Below are positions 8,027 to 17,722 of a stretch of DNA of 64,000 nucleotides, piece after piece. A model generated the notes under the pieces. The model searched no databases. It saw only the letters and a list, made by a program, of their open reading frames with translations, and was not told where the DNA came from. Source of the DNA: an uncultured Bordetella sp. (lineage in GTDB: Bacteria; Pseudomonadota; Gammaproteobacteria; Burkholderiales; SG8-41); NCBI GenBank assembly GCA_964433345.1, contig CAYSQJ010000001.1, forward strand, positions 100,499 through 164,498, given 5' to 3'. Positions within the stretch are counted from its first letter, which is position 1, and every line of letters begins with the position of its first letter. Both the position numbers and the translations under genes were made by a program.

Positions 8027-9157
8027 GTGATTGCAGCGAATCATGACGGGAATTTTCAGATGCTTAAAACACCCTATTACCTGATAGACGAGCAGAAACT
8101 CCTGCCCAATCTGCAGAAGATCGCGAGGGTCCGCGAACAGTCCGGCGCCAAGGTCCTGCTGGCGCTCAAGTGTTTCGCGACCTGGTCCGTGTTTGACCTG
8201 ATGAAGGACTACATGGACGGAACTACGTCGTCGTCGCTCTACGAGGTGAAACTCGGCCGGCAGAAGTTCGGCGGGGAAACGCATGCCTACAGCGTGGCCT
8301 GGTCCGATGACGAGATTGAAGAAGTGGTGGCGCTTTCGGACAAGGTCATTTTCAACTCCGTCAGCCAGCTGCAGCGTTTTGCCGCCGCAACGGCACACTC
8401 GGTGCGCGGCCTGCGGATCAATCCGCAGGTCAGCAGTTCGGAGCATCTGCTGGCGGATCCCGCACGGCCCTTCAGCCGCCTGGGGGAGCCGGATCCGGAG
8501 CGGATCGAATCCGTTCTGGACCTGATCTCCGGCGCGATGTTCCACAACAACTGCGACAACAGCAGTTTCGAGCGTTTCGCGGAGATGCTGGACCACATCG
8601 AGGCGCGTTACGGGCATCTGCTCCGGAAGCTGCAGTGGGTCAGCCTGGGCGGCGGCATCCATTTCACCGCAGACGCTTATCCGCTGGACGACTTCTGCGC
8701 ACGGTTGAGGGCCTTTGCCGACCGCTACGGACTGCAGGTTTATCTGGAGCCGGGCGAGGCGGCCATCAGCCGCAGCGCTTCCCTCGAGGTGACGGTGCTC
8801 GACACGCTGTGCAACGGCAGAAACATCGCCGTTGTGGACAGCTCCATCGAGGCGCACATGCTCGATCTGCTGATCTACCGGGTCAATGCCAGGATGGCGC
8901 CCTGCAGCGGCGGGCATGTCTACATGGTGTGCGGGAAATCCTGTCTCGCCGGCGACATTTTCGGCGAGTACGCCTTTGATGCGCCGCTGAAAGTCGGCGA
9001 CCGCCTGTCCTTCATCGATGCGGCCGGCTACACGATGGTGAAGAAGAACTGGTTCAACGGCCTGAGGATGCCGGCGATCGCGGTCCGTCGCCTGGACGGG
9101 CGCGTCGAGCGGGTTCGCGAATTCGGTTTTGAGGATTACCTGTCCAGTCTTTCCTGA
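8027..9157 (+). CDS. nspC: Carboxynorspermidine/carboxyspermidine decarboxylase
   Basis: LKTPYYLIDEQKLLPNLQKI...LLALKCFATWSVFDLM...GTTSSSLYE is typical of NspC. The start could be GTG 8027 or ATG 8060 (MLKTPYY). Confidence 0.85.
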   Translation: MIAANHDGNFQMLKTPYYLIDEQKLLPNLQKIARVREQSGAKVLLALKCFATWSVFDLMKDYMDGTTSSSLYEVKLGRQKFGGETHAYSVAWSDDEIEEVVALSDKVIFNSVSQLQRFAAATAHSVRGLRINPQVSSSEHLLADPARPFSRLGEPDPERIESVLDLISGAMFHNNCDNSSFERFAEMLDHIEARYGHLLRKLQWVSLGGGIHFTADAYPLDDFCARLRAFADRYGLQVYLEPGEAAISRSASLEVTVLDTLCNGRNIAVVDSSIEAHMLDLLIYRVNARMAPCSGGHVYMVCGKSCLAGDIFGEYAFDAPLKVGDRLSFIDAAGYTMVKKNWFNGLRMPAIAVRRLDGRVERVREFGFEDYLSSLS

Positions 9158-9178
9158 AATTCTCCGCAGGAGATGTGC

Positions 9179-10477
9179 ATGAAAAAGAACGTATTGATCA
9201 TCGGTGCCGGAGCAGTGGCGAAAGTCGTTGCACACAAGTGCGCCCAGTACGGCGATGAATTCGGGCGCATCGGCATCGCTTCGCGAAATGCGGAAAAATG
9301 CCGGCTGATCATCGACAGTGTGGCTGAGCAGGGCTGCCTGAAGCAGCCGGCGGCCATCGACGCCCATGCCCTGGATGCCATGAACGTGGAGGCCACCAGG
9401 GCGCTGATCCGCGACACCGGTTCGCAGATCGTCATCAATGTCGGGTCGGCCTTCATCAACATGTCCGTGTTGCGTGCCTGCATGGATACCGGCGCGGCAT
9501 ACATCGACACCGCCATCCATGAAGATCCGGGCAAGGTCTGCGAGCGCCCTCCGTGGTACGGCAATTACGAGTGGAAACATGCCGGGGAATGCCGTGCCAG
9601 GGGCGTGACTGCCATCCTGGGTTGCGGCTTTGATCCGGGCGTGGTCAATGCGTACGCGGCGCTGGCCCGGCACCGGGATTTTGACCGCGTCGAATCCATC
9701 GACATATTCGATGTCAATGCCGGCTCGCACGGCCGCTATTTCGCCACCAATTTCGATCCCGAAATCAATTTCAGGGAATTTACCGGCCAGGTCTGGAGTT
9801 GGCAGAATCGCGAATGGACTGCCAACCGCATGTTCGAGATCGGGCGCACCGAGGAATTGCCGGCGGTCGGCCGCCAGCGCCTGTACCTCACCGGGCATGA
9901 CGAGCTGCATTCATTGTCCCGGCACCTGGACGTGCCCAACATCCGTTTCTGGATGAGCTTCAGCGAGCACTACATCAACGTTTTTGGCGTGCTGAAAAAC
10001 CTGGGCCTGCTCTCCGAGCAGCCGGTCGTGACACGCGAGGGGCAGACTATGGTGCCGCTCAAGGTGGTCAAGGCGGTGCTCCCCGATCCGGCAGCGCTGG
10101 CTCCCGACTACACGGGGAAAACCTGCATCGGCACCCTCGTCAAGGGGACAAAAAGCGGCAGGGCCCGCGAACTGTTCATCTACAACGTCACCGACCACCA
10201 GCAGGCCTACGCCGAAACCGGCAGCCAGGGCATTTCCTACACGGCTGGCGTGCCAGCCGCCGCCGCGGCCCTGCTCATTGCCAGGGGAGACTGGGATGTG
10301 CGGCGCATGGCCAATGTTGAAGAATTGCCGGCCGCGCCGTTTCTGACTCTGCTCGACAGGATGGGGTTGCCCAGCCGCATCCGAGAAGGTGGCCGGGATG
10401 TGCCCTGGGACAAGCCGATCAATAACGGCGGGGATGCCGGAGGCAGGGTGCCCGAGACGATCGCGTATTCCGGCTGA
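9179..10477 (+). CDS. Carboxynorspermidine synthase/dehydrogenase (saccharopine dehydrogenase family)
   Basis: MKKNVLIIGAGAVAKVVAHKCAQ... Rossmann N-terminus, and a length and sequence typical of CANSDH. GCAGGAG lies 6 nt before ATG 9179; the track start at 9173 is less likely. Confidence 0.82.
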   Translation: MKKNVLIIGAGAVAKVVAHKCAQYGDEFGRIGIASRNAEKCRLIIDSVAEQGCLKQPAAIDAHALDAMNVEATRALIRDTGSQIVINVGSAFINMSVLRACMDTGAAYIDTAIHEDPGKVCERPPWYGNYEWKHAGECRARGVTAILGCGFDPGVVNAYAALARHRDFDRVESIDIFDVNAGSHGRYFATNFDPEINFREFTGQVWSWQNREWTANRMFEIGRTEELPAVGRQRLYLTGHDELHSLSRHLDVPNIRFWMSFSEHYINVFGVLKNLGLLSEQPVVTREGQTMVPLKVVKAVLPDPAALAPDYTGKTCIGTLVKGTKSGRARELFIYNVTDHQQAYAETGSQGISYTAGVPAAAAALLIARGDWDVRRMANVEELPAAPFLTLLDRMGLPSRIREGGRDVPWDKPINNGGDAGGRVPETIAYSG

Positions 10478-10536
10478 TCCGGAAGTGGCCGGCCTGCGGC
10501 GGCTGACAGGACAGCGTCGCGAGCCGCCACTTCGGT

Positions 10537-10613
10537 GTGCAGGGGTGCCACACTGCAGTGCGTGCAGTGCGGTTACGTGTTAGCAGCACAGTATTGCGAG
10601 TGCTGGTTTGCAT
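10537..10613 (-). pseudogene. Orphan bioA 5' fragment (start codon plus ~25 codons: MQTSTRNTVLLTRNRTARTAVWHPCT)
   Basis: Same start context and peptide as the real bioA N-terminus, but it diverges right after WHPCT and runs antisense into the end of the CANSDH gene. Confidence 0.7.
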
Positions 10614-10775
10614 TTCGGGAAGGCCTTGTCGAATACTTTTCGCCGTTCGACCCGCAATCGCCGCGGCAGTCATGCCTGGTGTGCCGTGGCGGGACGAGGG
10701 TCGGGCCGGTGCATCAGCAGTGGCACCGAATTTGCTCTGATGTTTCTGTGTAGTGATTGTTGCAGTTTAACAGCA
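10537..10775. repeat. Direct repeat B (partner of 5754-5895), with a 9-nt tandem duplication (TGCAGTGCG) and ~100 nt of extra upstream sequence
   Basis: See repeat A. This copy is followed by the 10795 gene and probably represents the ancestral bioA upstream region. Confidence 0.8.
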
Positions 10776-10794
10776 CACAAGGAGATGTTTGCGC

Positions 10795-11457
10795 ATGCAA
10801 ATCCTCGACCGCATCGAAAGCCAGATGTTCGCCACTGGCCTGCCGCTCGTCGGCATCACGCTCGCTGCAGTGCCCTGTCCCGATACGCCGGTGATCCTGA
10901 CGCTGCACTGGCACGGCTTCATCAAGCAGAAGCTCGTCGACCTGGAGGAGGCGGAAGCCGTGGCCTACACGCCGATCCCGAGCTCGACGCTGCAGCTGAA
11001 CGAGCGCTGGCATGATCTGGTGGCGGTGGACCGCGCGGCGATGGACGCCGGCTGGGAGCTCGGTGCCTGGGATGTGGCGCGCTCGGAGCAGCCCGGCTGC
11101 CTGCGTCCGGGGGCGGCGCCGACCGAGGCGCTGGAATGCCTGCAGGCCTTCGGTGCCTATCCGCACAGCGTCAATGGCGCGCAAGTCGCTGTGTCCGATG
11201 CGCCGGACACCGATGATCTGGTCGAACTCGCCGCCAACCGCGGCTATCTGCTGTGGTCCTTCCGGCCGGTTTGCGGCGGCATCTGGAAAGAGCTGGCGGA
11301 TGATGCGACGCTGACCCAGGAGGGCCGCCGGCCTTCGCCCTGTCCGCATCTGCCGGTGCCGCCGTCCTGCAGCGGCAGGCGCAGGACGGTCTACCGCTTT
11401 GGTTTCCCCGTTCACCGGGCGCTGCCGGTGCCGCAGACCCGACGCCATAATAGCTGA
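10795..11457 (+). CDS. Hypothetical protein
   Basis: 220-aa ORF with AAGGAG at 10779-10784. I recognise no motif. The Pro/Arg-rich C-terminal tail looks atypical. Confidence 0.5.
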   Translation: MQILDRIESQMFATGLPLVGITLAAVPCPDTPVILTLHWHGFIKQKLVDLEEAEAVAYTPIPSSTLQLNERWHDLVAVDRAAMDAGWELGAWDVARSEQPGCLRPGAAPTEALECLQAFGAYPHSVNGAQVAVSDAPDTDDLVELAANRGYLLWSFRPVCGGIWKELADDATLTQEGRRPSPCPHLPVPPSCSGRRRTVYRFGFPVHRALPVPQTRRHNS

Positions 11458-11509
11458 TTGTTTTTAAACGGTTTTTAGACTAACCCCCAGTTAGTCAGTA
11501 CTCACACCC

Positions 11510-11540
11510 AGAGGGGCGGCGCTGCCGCCCCTCTTGCTTT
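11510..11540 (+). terminator. Rho-independent terminator candidate
   Basis: Perfect 11-bp stem AGAGGGGCGGC / GCCGCCCCTCT with a 3-nt loop, followed by TGCTTTG (weak U-tract). Confidence 0.5.
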
Positions 11541-11562
11541 GTGGCAGGTACATCCCTATTAT
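11534..11562 (+). promoter_or_regulatory. groESL sigma70-type promoter (TTGCTT, 17-nt spacer, TATTAT)
   Basis: Hexamers at 11534-11539 and 11557-11562. The -10 abuts the CIRCE operator. Confidence 0.6.
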
Positions 11563-11588
11563 TAGCACTCGCTAGAGCCGAGTGCTAA
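11562..11588. promoter_or_regulatory. CIRCE operator (HrcA binding site)
   Basis: TTAGCACTC-N9-GAGTGCTAA is a perfect match to the CIRCE consensus, 72 nt upstream of groES. Confidence 0.9.
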
Positions 11589-11659
11589 CAGAACCGGCAC
11601 TGCTCGCGGTAAACCCCGATTTTTTTCGATTCAATCAACTGATCTGAGGAGAGTTACCC

Positions 11660-11947
11660 ATGAAGATTCGTCCGTTGCACGACCGCATCATCGTGAAGCG
11701 GCTGGAAGAGGAACGCAAAACCGCTTCCGGAATCGTAATCCCCGACACCGCCGCTGAAAAGCCGGATCAGGGTGAAGTCAAAGCCGTCGGCAAAGGCAAG
11801 AAAACCGATGACGGCAAGGTTCTGCCGCTCGACGTCAAGGTTGGCGACAAGGTCCTCTTCGGCAAGTACTCCGGCCAGACCGTGAAGGTCCAGGGCGAGG
11901 AGCTGCTGGTCATGCGCGAAGAAGACATCATGGGCGTCATCGAGTAA
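11660..11947 (+). CDS. groES: Co-chaperonin GroES
   Basis: [29 protein letters not shown]...; GAGGAG ribosome-binding site. Confidence 0.97.
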   Translation: MKIRPLHDRIIVKRLEEERKTASGIVIPDTAAEKPDQGEVKAVGKGKKTDDGKVLPLDVKVGDKVLFGKYSGQTVKVQGEELLVMREEDIMGVIE

Positions 11948-13615
<1,668 letters not shown>

Positions 13616-13618
13616 TTC

Positions 13619-13700
13619 GCTTCGCGAATTACATTCCTTGCGGAAGGTGATCGAGCAGGGGAAACCCCAGGTTTCCTCCGCACCCCCTTCCTCAAGTATG
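13619..13700 (+). repeat. groEL-downstream structured module, copy 1
   Basis: GCTTCGCGAATTACAT... aligns with 13736-13822. Internal stems at 13658-13666/13670-13678 and 13642-13647/13686-13691. Confidence 0.65.
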
Positions 13701-13701
13701 G

Positions 13702-13731
13702 GAAGCCCCGCGAAAGCGGGGCTTCTTTATT
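13702..13731 (+). terminator. Rho-independent terminator (groEL)
   Basis: GAAGCCCCGC-GAAA-GCGGGGCTTC followed by TTTATT. Confidence 0.8.
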
Positions 13732-13735
13732 CGAA

Positions 13736-13822
13736 GCTTCGCGAATTACATATCCCTTGGAAGGTGAACGCGCAGGAGGGAACCGATGGTTCCCTCACGC
13801 GCCCTCCCTCCTTCGGAGTAGA
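13736..13822 (+). repeat. groEL-downstream structured module, copy 2
   Basis: Paralogue of 13619-13700, 117 nt downstream. Its stem is 13776-13784/13788-13796. Confidence 0.65.
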
Positions 13823-13828
13823 TGCACC

Positions 13829-13860
13829 AGAAACCCCGCTTTGGCGGGGTTTCTTTTTTG
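13829..13860 (+). terminator. Rho-independent terminator (second, tandem)
   Basis: AGAAACCCCGC-TTTG-GCGGGGTTTCT followed by a T-run. Confidence 0.8.
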
Positions 13861-13907
13861 GTGCGGGCTGCGCTTACAATGCGGCAGACAGTCCGGACAC
13901 CGCAAAC

Positions 13908-14210
13908 ATGCCCATCGAATACACCCTCATTTCCATCCTGATCGCGCTGGTGCAGGTGGCGATTTACCTGTTCCTCGGCCGCGGTGCGATGTACGTCCTG
14001 GCCGGTGCGGGGAGAGAACAGAACTTCATCTACCAGCTGTTCAAAAAGGGTACCGAGCCGCTGGTGAAAGCGACGCGGGTCATCACGCCGAAACTGGTTG
14101 TGGACCGACACGTGCCGTTTGCGACTCTAGCACTGCTGATACTGGCCGGCCTGCTGCTGATTCAGGGCCGGCGCGCCATCTGCGTGGCCCAGCAGTTGGT
14201 CTGCGGCTGA
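13908..14210 (+). CDS. Small membrane protein (~100 aa, two hydrophobic helices)
   Basis: The internal ATG at 13908 gives MPIEYTLISILIALVQVAIYLFLG... The upstream part of the track ORF overlaps groEL and two terminators and is rejected. Confidence 0.5.
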   Translation: MPIEYTLISILIALVQVAIYLFLGRGAMYVLAGAGREQNFIYQLFKKGTEPLVKATRVITPKLVVDRHVPFATLALLILAGLLLIQGRRAICVAQQLVCG

Positions 14211-14327
14211 AGCGCTATTGCCTTGACGCAAAACGGTTTTGAGGTTTAAATAGCGCCCTTTCGCCCAGCCTGACTGGCGGGTGGAAAACCCCTTCCGCAG
14301 CAGTTTCTGCAGTGCCTAGCAGCACGG

Positions 14328-14403
<76 letters not shown>

Positions 14404-14413
14404 ATTCCAGGAA

Positions 14414-14440
14414 AACCAACCGCGCTCGGTTGGTTTTTTT
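14414..14440 (+). terminator. Rho-independent terminator after tRNA-Phe
   Basis: CCAACCG-CGCT-CGGTTGG followed by T7. Confidence 0.8.
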
Positions 14441-14618
14441 ATGTTCATCCTGAAGGTGCTGGTGCGTGCTTCAATTTGGCTTCGCAGCAGCAATCGGAGT
14501 GCAGGATCAACACAGCCGGCTGGTACCGTTGGCGCGGTATTGATGGATAATCAACTGCAGTAATTCCGTCAGCAAACAGTTTTGCCTCGACGCCCAATCC
14601 GCGCAGCGTTCCAGCTCA

Positions 14619-16382
14619 ATGCAGAATTCCTCGTTTGATCAAGCCCTGCAGCTGCTGCAGAACGGAGCGCTTGCAGCAGCCGAAGCGGCTTTGCGCAGTA
14701 TCGCGTCAGGTGACAAGGACTTCGACGTTCAGCACATGCTCGGGCTCGCGGTCGCCCAGCAGGGGCGGTTCGCGGAGGCGGAGCAGATTCTCACAGGCGT
14801 CATCCGCCTGAATCCGGGGGATGCCGGTGTGCACGCCAACATGGGCAACGTGCTCAGGTTGCTCGGCCGGTTGGAGGACGCACTCGCGGCATTCGGCCGC
14901 GCCATCGAACTTGATCCCGGCCATGCCGGGGCCCGCAGCAACCGGGGCAATGTCTACAAGGATCTTGGACGCCGCGCGGAGGCCCTGAAGGATTACGAGG
15001 CCGCACTCGCGATCGATCCCGGATTTGTCGATGCGCTGTACAACCTCGGCGTACTGCTGCAGGATGCGGGCCGCCTCGCCGAAGCGGCAGAGCGCTATGC
15101 GCAAGTGATCGCGCTGGCGCCGGGATTTGTCGCCGCGTACAACAACCGCGGCGTGCTGCGGCAGGCGCTAGGGCAGCACGAGGCCGCGCTGGGGGATTTT
15201 GCGCAGGCGCTGCAGCTGCAACCGGATCATGCGCAGACGCTGGTCAATCGGGGCATTTCGCTGTATCGCCTGGACCGCATCGATGAAGCCATCCGCAGTT
15301 ATGACCAGGCGCTGGAACTCGATACGGGAAATTCGCTGGCCTGGATGAACCGGGGAGTGGCTCGGCAGCAGCTCGGCAACTGGCAGAGCGCGCAGCAGGA
15401 CTATGTCGCTGCGCTGCGCGCTGACCCGCAGAACGCGGACGCGCATCGCAACCTCGGCCTGTGCAGACTGCTGCTCGAGGATTTCGCAGGCGGTTGGCCG
15501 GAGTACGAGTGGCGCTGGCGCACGGCGCAGTATGCGCCGCATCGTTTGCACACCGATGTCGCCGAGTGGAACGGGCAGCCCTTGAGCGGAACGCTGCTGG
15601 TCTGGGGCGAGCAGGGGCCGGGCGACCAGATCTTTTTTGCGGGCATGCTGCCGGACCTGCGCACATTGGCCGGCCGGGTTATCGTCGCCGTCGATGAGCG
15701 CCTGGTACCGCTGTTTCAGCGTTCCTATCCGGATTTCGAAGTCATGCCGGTCGGTCGCCTCGGCGATGTCCGTTTCGATGCGCAGATCGCCATCGGCAGT
15801 CTCGGCCGCTATCTGCGTCCTCGCTTGCCTGCGGCGCCCCGCGCCTACCTTCAGGCCGACCGCGCGAGGGTCGAGTCCCTGCGCCGGCGCCTGGCGGTCA
15901 AAGGGCAGATCATCTGCGGCATTTCCTGGGGCAGCCGCAATGCCGAGCTGGGTGCCCGGAAAAGCCTGCCGCTGGAGGCACTGTTGCCCTTGCTCAGCCG
16001 CGATGAAATTCTCGCGGTCGATCTGCAGTACGGCGACACCGCGGCCGAGCGTGAAGCCCTGTTCCGCAAGACCGGGCAGCGGGTGACCCATCTGTCCGAG
16101 ATCGACAACTTTCGCGATCTCGACGGCCTCGCCGCACTGATCGACGCCTGCGATGTGGTGGTCACGGTCAGCAATACCACGGCCCATCTGGCGGCTGCCC
16201 TCGGCAAGCCGGTCTGCCTGCTGCTGGCCCGCTCGTCGACGCTGCTCTGGTACTGGCATCTCGGGCTGCAGCACAGCCCCTGGTATCCGGATGTAAGCAT
16301 TTTCCGGCAGAGCGAAGCCGGCCGCTGGACGGAGCCGGTCGCGGCGCTGGCCGGGCATGTCGTACAACGGTATTTGCGGTAA
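14619..16382 (+). CDS. TPR-repeat protein with a C-terminal glycosyltransferase-family-9-like domain
   Basis: The N-terminal ~290 aa are tandem TPRs (AL..DP....A..N.G). The C-terminal half (GPGDQIFFAGMLPDL...GISWGS...DLDGLAALIDACDVVVTVSNTTAHLAAALGKP) resembles heptosyltransferase-type GT9 folds. Confidence 0.7.
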   Translation: MQNSSFDQALQLLQNGALAAAEAALRSIASGDKDFDVQHMLGLAVAQQGRFAEAEQILTGVIRLNPGDAGVHANMGNVLRLLGRLEDALAAFGRAIELDPGHAGARSNRGNVYKDLGRRAEALKDYEAALAIDPGFVDALYNLGVLLQDAGRLAEAAERYAQVIALAPGFVAAYNNRGVLRQALGQHEAALGDFAQALQLQPDHAQTLVNRGISLYRLDRIDEAIRSYDQALELDTGNSLAWMNRGVARQQLGNWQSAQQDYVAALRADPQNADAHRNLGLCRLLLEDFAGGWPEYEWRWRTAQYAPHRLHTDVAEWNGQPLSGTLLVWGEQGPGDQIFFAGMLPDLRTLAGRVIVAVDERLVPLFQRSYPDFEVMPVGRLGDVRFDAQIAIGSLGRYLRPRLPAAPRAYLQADRARVESLRRRLAVKGQIICGISWGSRNAELGARKSLPLEALLPLLSRDEILAVDLQYGDTAAEREALFRKTGQRVTHLSEIDNFRDLDGLAALIDACDVVVTVSNTTAHLAAALGKPVCLLLARSSTLLWYWHLGLQHSPWYPDVSIFRQSEAGRWTEPVAALAGHVVQRYLR

Positions 16383-16439
16383 ACCCCAAGAGGCGGGCAG
16401 CATCAGGCAAGGCACGTGACAAGGGAGCGGCTTTTCGGC

Positions 16440-17642
16440 ATGAGCAAAAAAATACTGAAGGACGTGAGGGTGGTCGACATGACCGAGGGCGTGGCGGGTC
16501 CGTACGCCGCCACGCTGCTGGGCGACATGGGCGCGCAGGTCGTCAAGGTCGAACGCAAGGAAGGCGACTGGCAGCGCAGCGCCGGCAGGGGTGTGCCGGG
16601 ACGTCATGGCAACCCGCAGTTCGTCGCGCTCAACCGCAACAAGCGCGATATCGGCATCGACCTTAACGACGCGGAGGGCCGCCGCATCGTCGAGCGCCTG
16701 GTGTCGAAAGCCGATGTGGTGATTTCGAATTACCGCGCCGGCGTGATGGCGAAGCTGGGTTTCAGCCATGAGCGCTGCAAGTCGCTGAATCCCGACATCA
16801 TCTACTGCACGATCTCGGGCTTCGGGCAGGACGGTGCCTATGCGCAGTTGCCGGCCAGCGACACCATCCTGCAGGCGGTCAGCGGCGTGATGAGCGTGGT
16901 GGGCGAACCCGATGGCCCGCCGCTCAGGGTGGGATTTCCGCTGATCGACATGACGGCGGCAAACCATGCGGTGCAGTCGGTGCTGCTGGCACTTTATGGC
17001 CGCCTGACCGGGCAGGGCGGCGCCCATATCGACGTGAGCCTGATGGCGGCTGCGGCAGCACTGATGTGCGGCGGCTTTACCGAGCACATGGCTACGGGCC
17101 GGCTGCCGCCGCGCCAGGGCAACCAGAACAGCCTGCTCGCGCCGGCCGGCGCTTTCGAGGTTGCCGGCGGCCGCTACATCACCATCGCGGTGCTGCGCGA
17201 TTCGCACTGGAAAAAATTCTGTGCGGCCCTCGGGCTGGATGCGCTGGAGCAGGACGGGCGGTTTGCCAGCAACGCCGGGCGCGTCGGCAACCGCGCGGCA
17301 CTGCATGCCCTCATCGTGCCCTTGCTGAAGTCGAAACCCGCGGAATACTGGCTGGAGCGGCTGCGGGCCGCCGACATACTCTGCGGCCCGATCAACACCG
17401 TGGCCGACGTGCTGGCGGATCCCGCGCTGGCGGCCTGCCTGCCGCTGCTCGATACCGGCTTGCCGGAGATCGCACGCGCAATGGGGGCGCCGATGCGCTA
17501 CAACGGCGAGTTCTTTTCCGCGGAGCAGCCCTCGCCGGCAAAAGGCCAGCATACCCGCGAGGTGCTGGCGGAGATCGGATACAGCACCGGTGAAATCGAG
17601 GCATTGCTGCGCGCCGGCAGCGCCTTCGTCGAGGCCGCATGA
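16440..17642 (+). CDS. Family III CoA-transferase (CaiB/BaiF type)
   Basis: VRVVDMTEGVAGPYAATLLGDMGAQVVKVER. ATG 16440 is preferred over GTG 16416. Confidence 0.85.
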   Translation: MSKKILKDVRVVDMTEGVAGPYAATLLGDMGAQVVKVERKEGDWQRSAGRGVPGRHGNPQFVALNRNKRDIGIDLNDAEGRRIVERLVSKADVVISNYRAGVMAKLGFSHERCKSLNPDIIYCTISGFGQDGAYAQLPASDTILQAVSGVMSVVGEPDGPPLRVGFPLIDMTAANHAVQSVLLALYGRLTGQGGAHIDVSLMAAAAALMCGGFTEHMATGRLPPRQGNQNSLLAPAGAFEVAGGRYITIAVLRDSHWKKFCAALGLDALEQDGRFASNAGRVGNRAALHALIVPLLKSKPAEYWLERLRAADILCGPINTVADVLADPALAACLPLLDTGLPEIARAMGAPMRYNGEFFSAEQPSPAKGQHTREVLAEIGYSTGEIEALLRAGSAFVEAA

Positions 17643-17722
17643 ACGCTGGTGTCGGAAACCGGATGCGCGGCGGACATCGGAGGCCGCGCCGGATCGGGCG
17701 ATAATGGGCGTCCGAACATTCC

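Noticed and set aside
7319-9910. 863-aa minus-strand ORF spanning the GNAT-like, nspC and CANSDH genes
   Set aside because: It is antisense to three ORFs with clear family signatures. The translation is Arg/Ala/Gly/Pro-rich and low in complexity, with no motif. This is the typical stop-poor shadow frame of high-GC DNA.
10419-10673. 84-aa minus-strand ORF
   Set aside because: Its first part is the duplicated bioA N-terminus. After WHPCT it runs antisense into the CANSDH 3' end with no similarity to BioA. I treat it as a gene fragment, not an independent gene.
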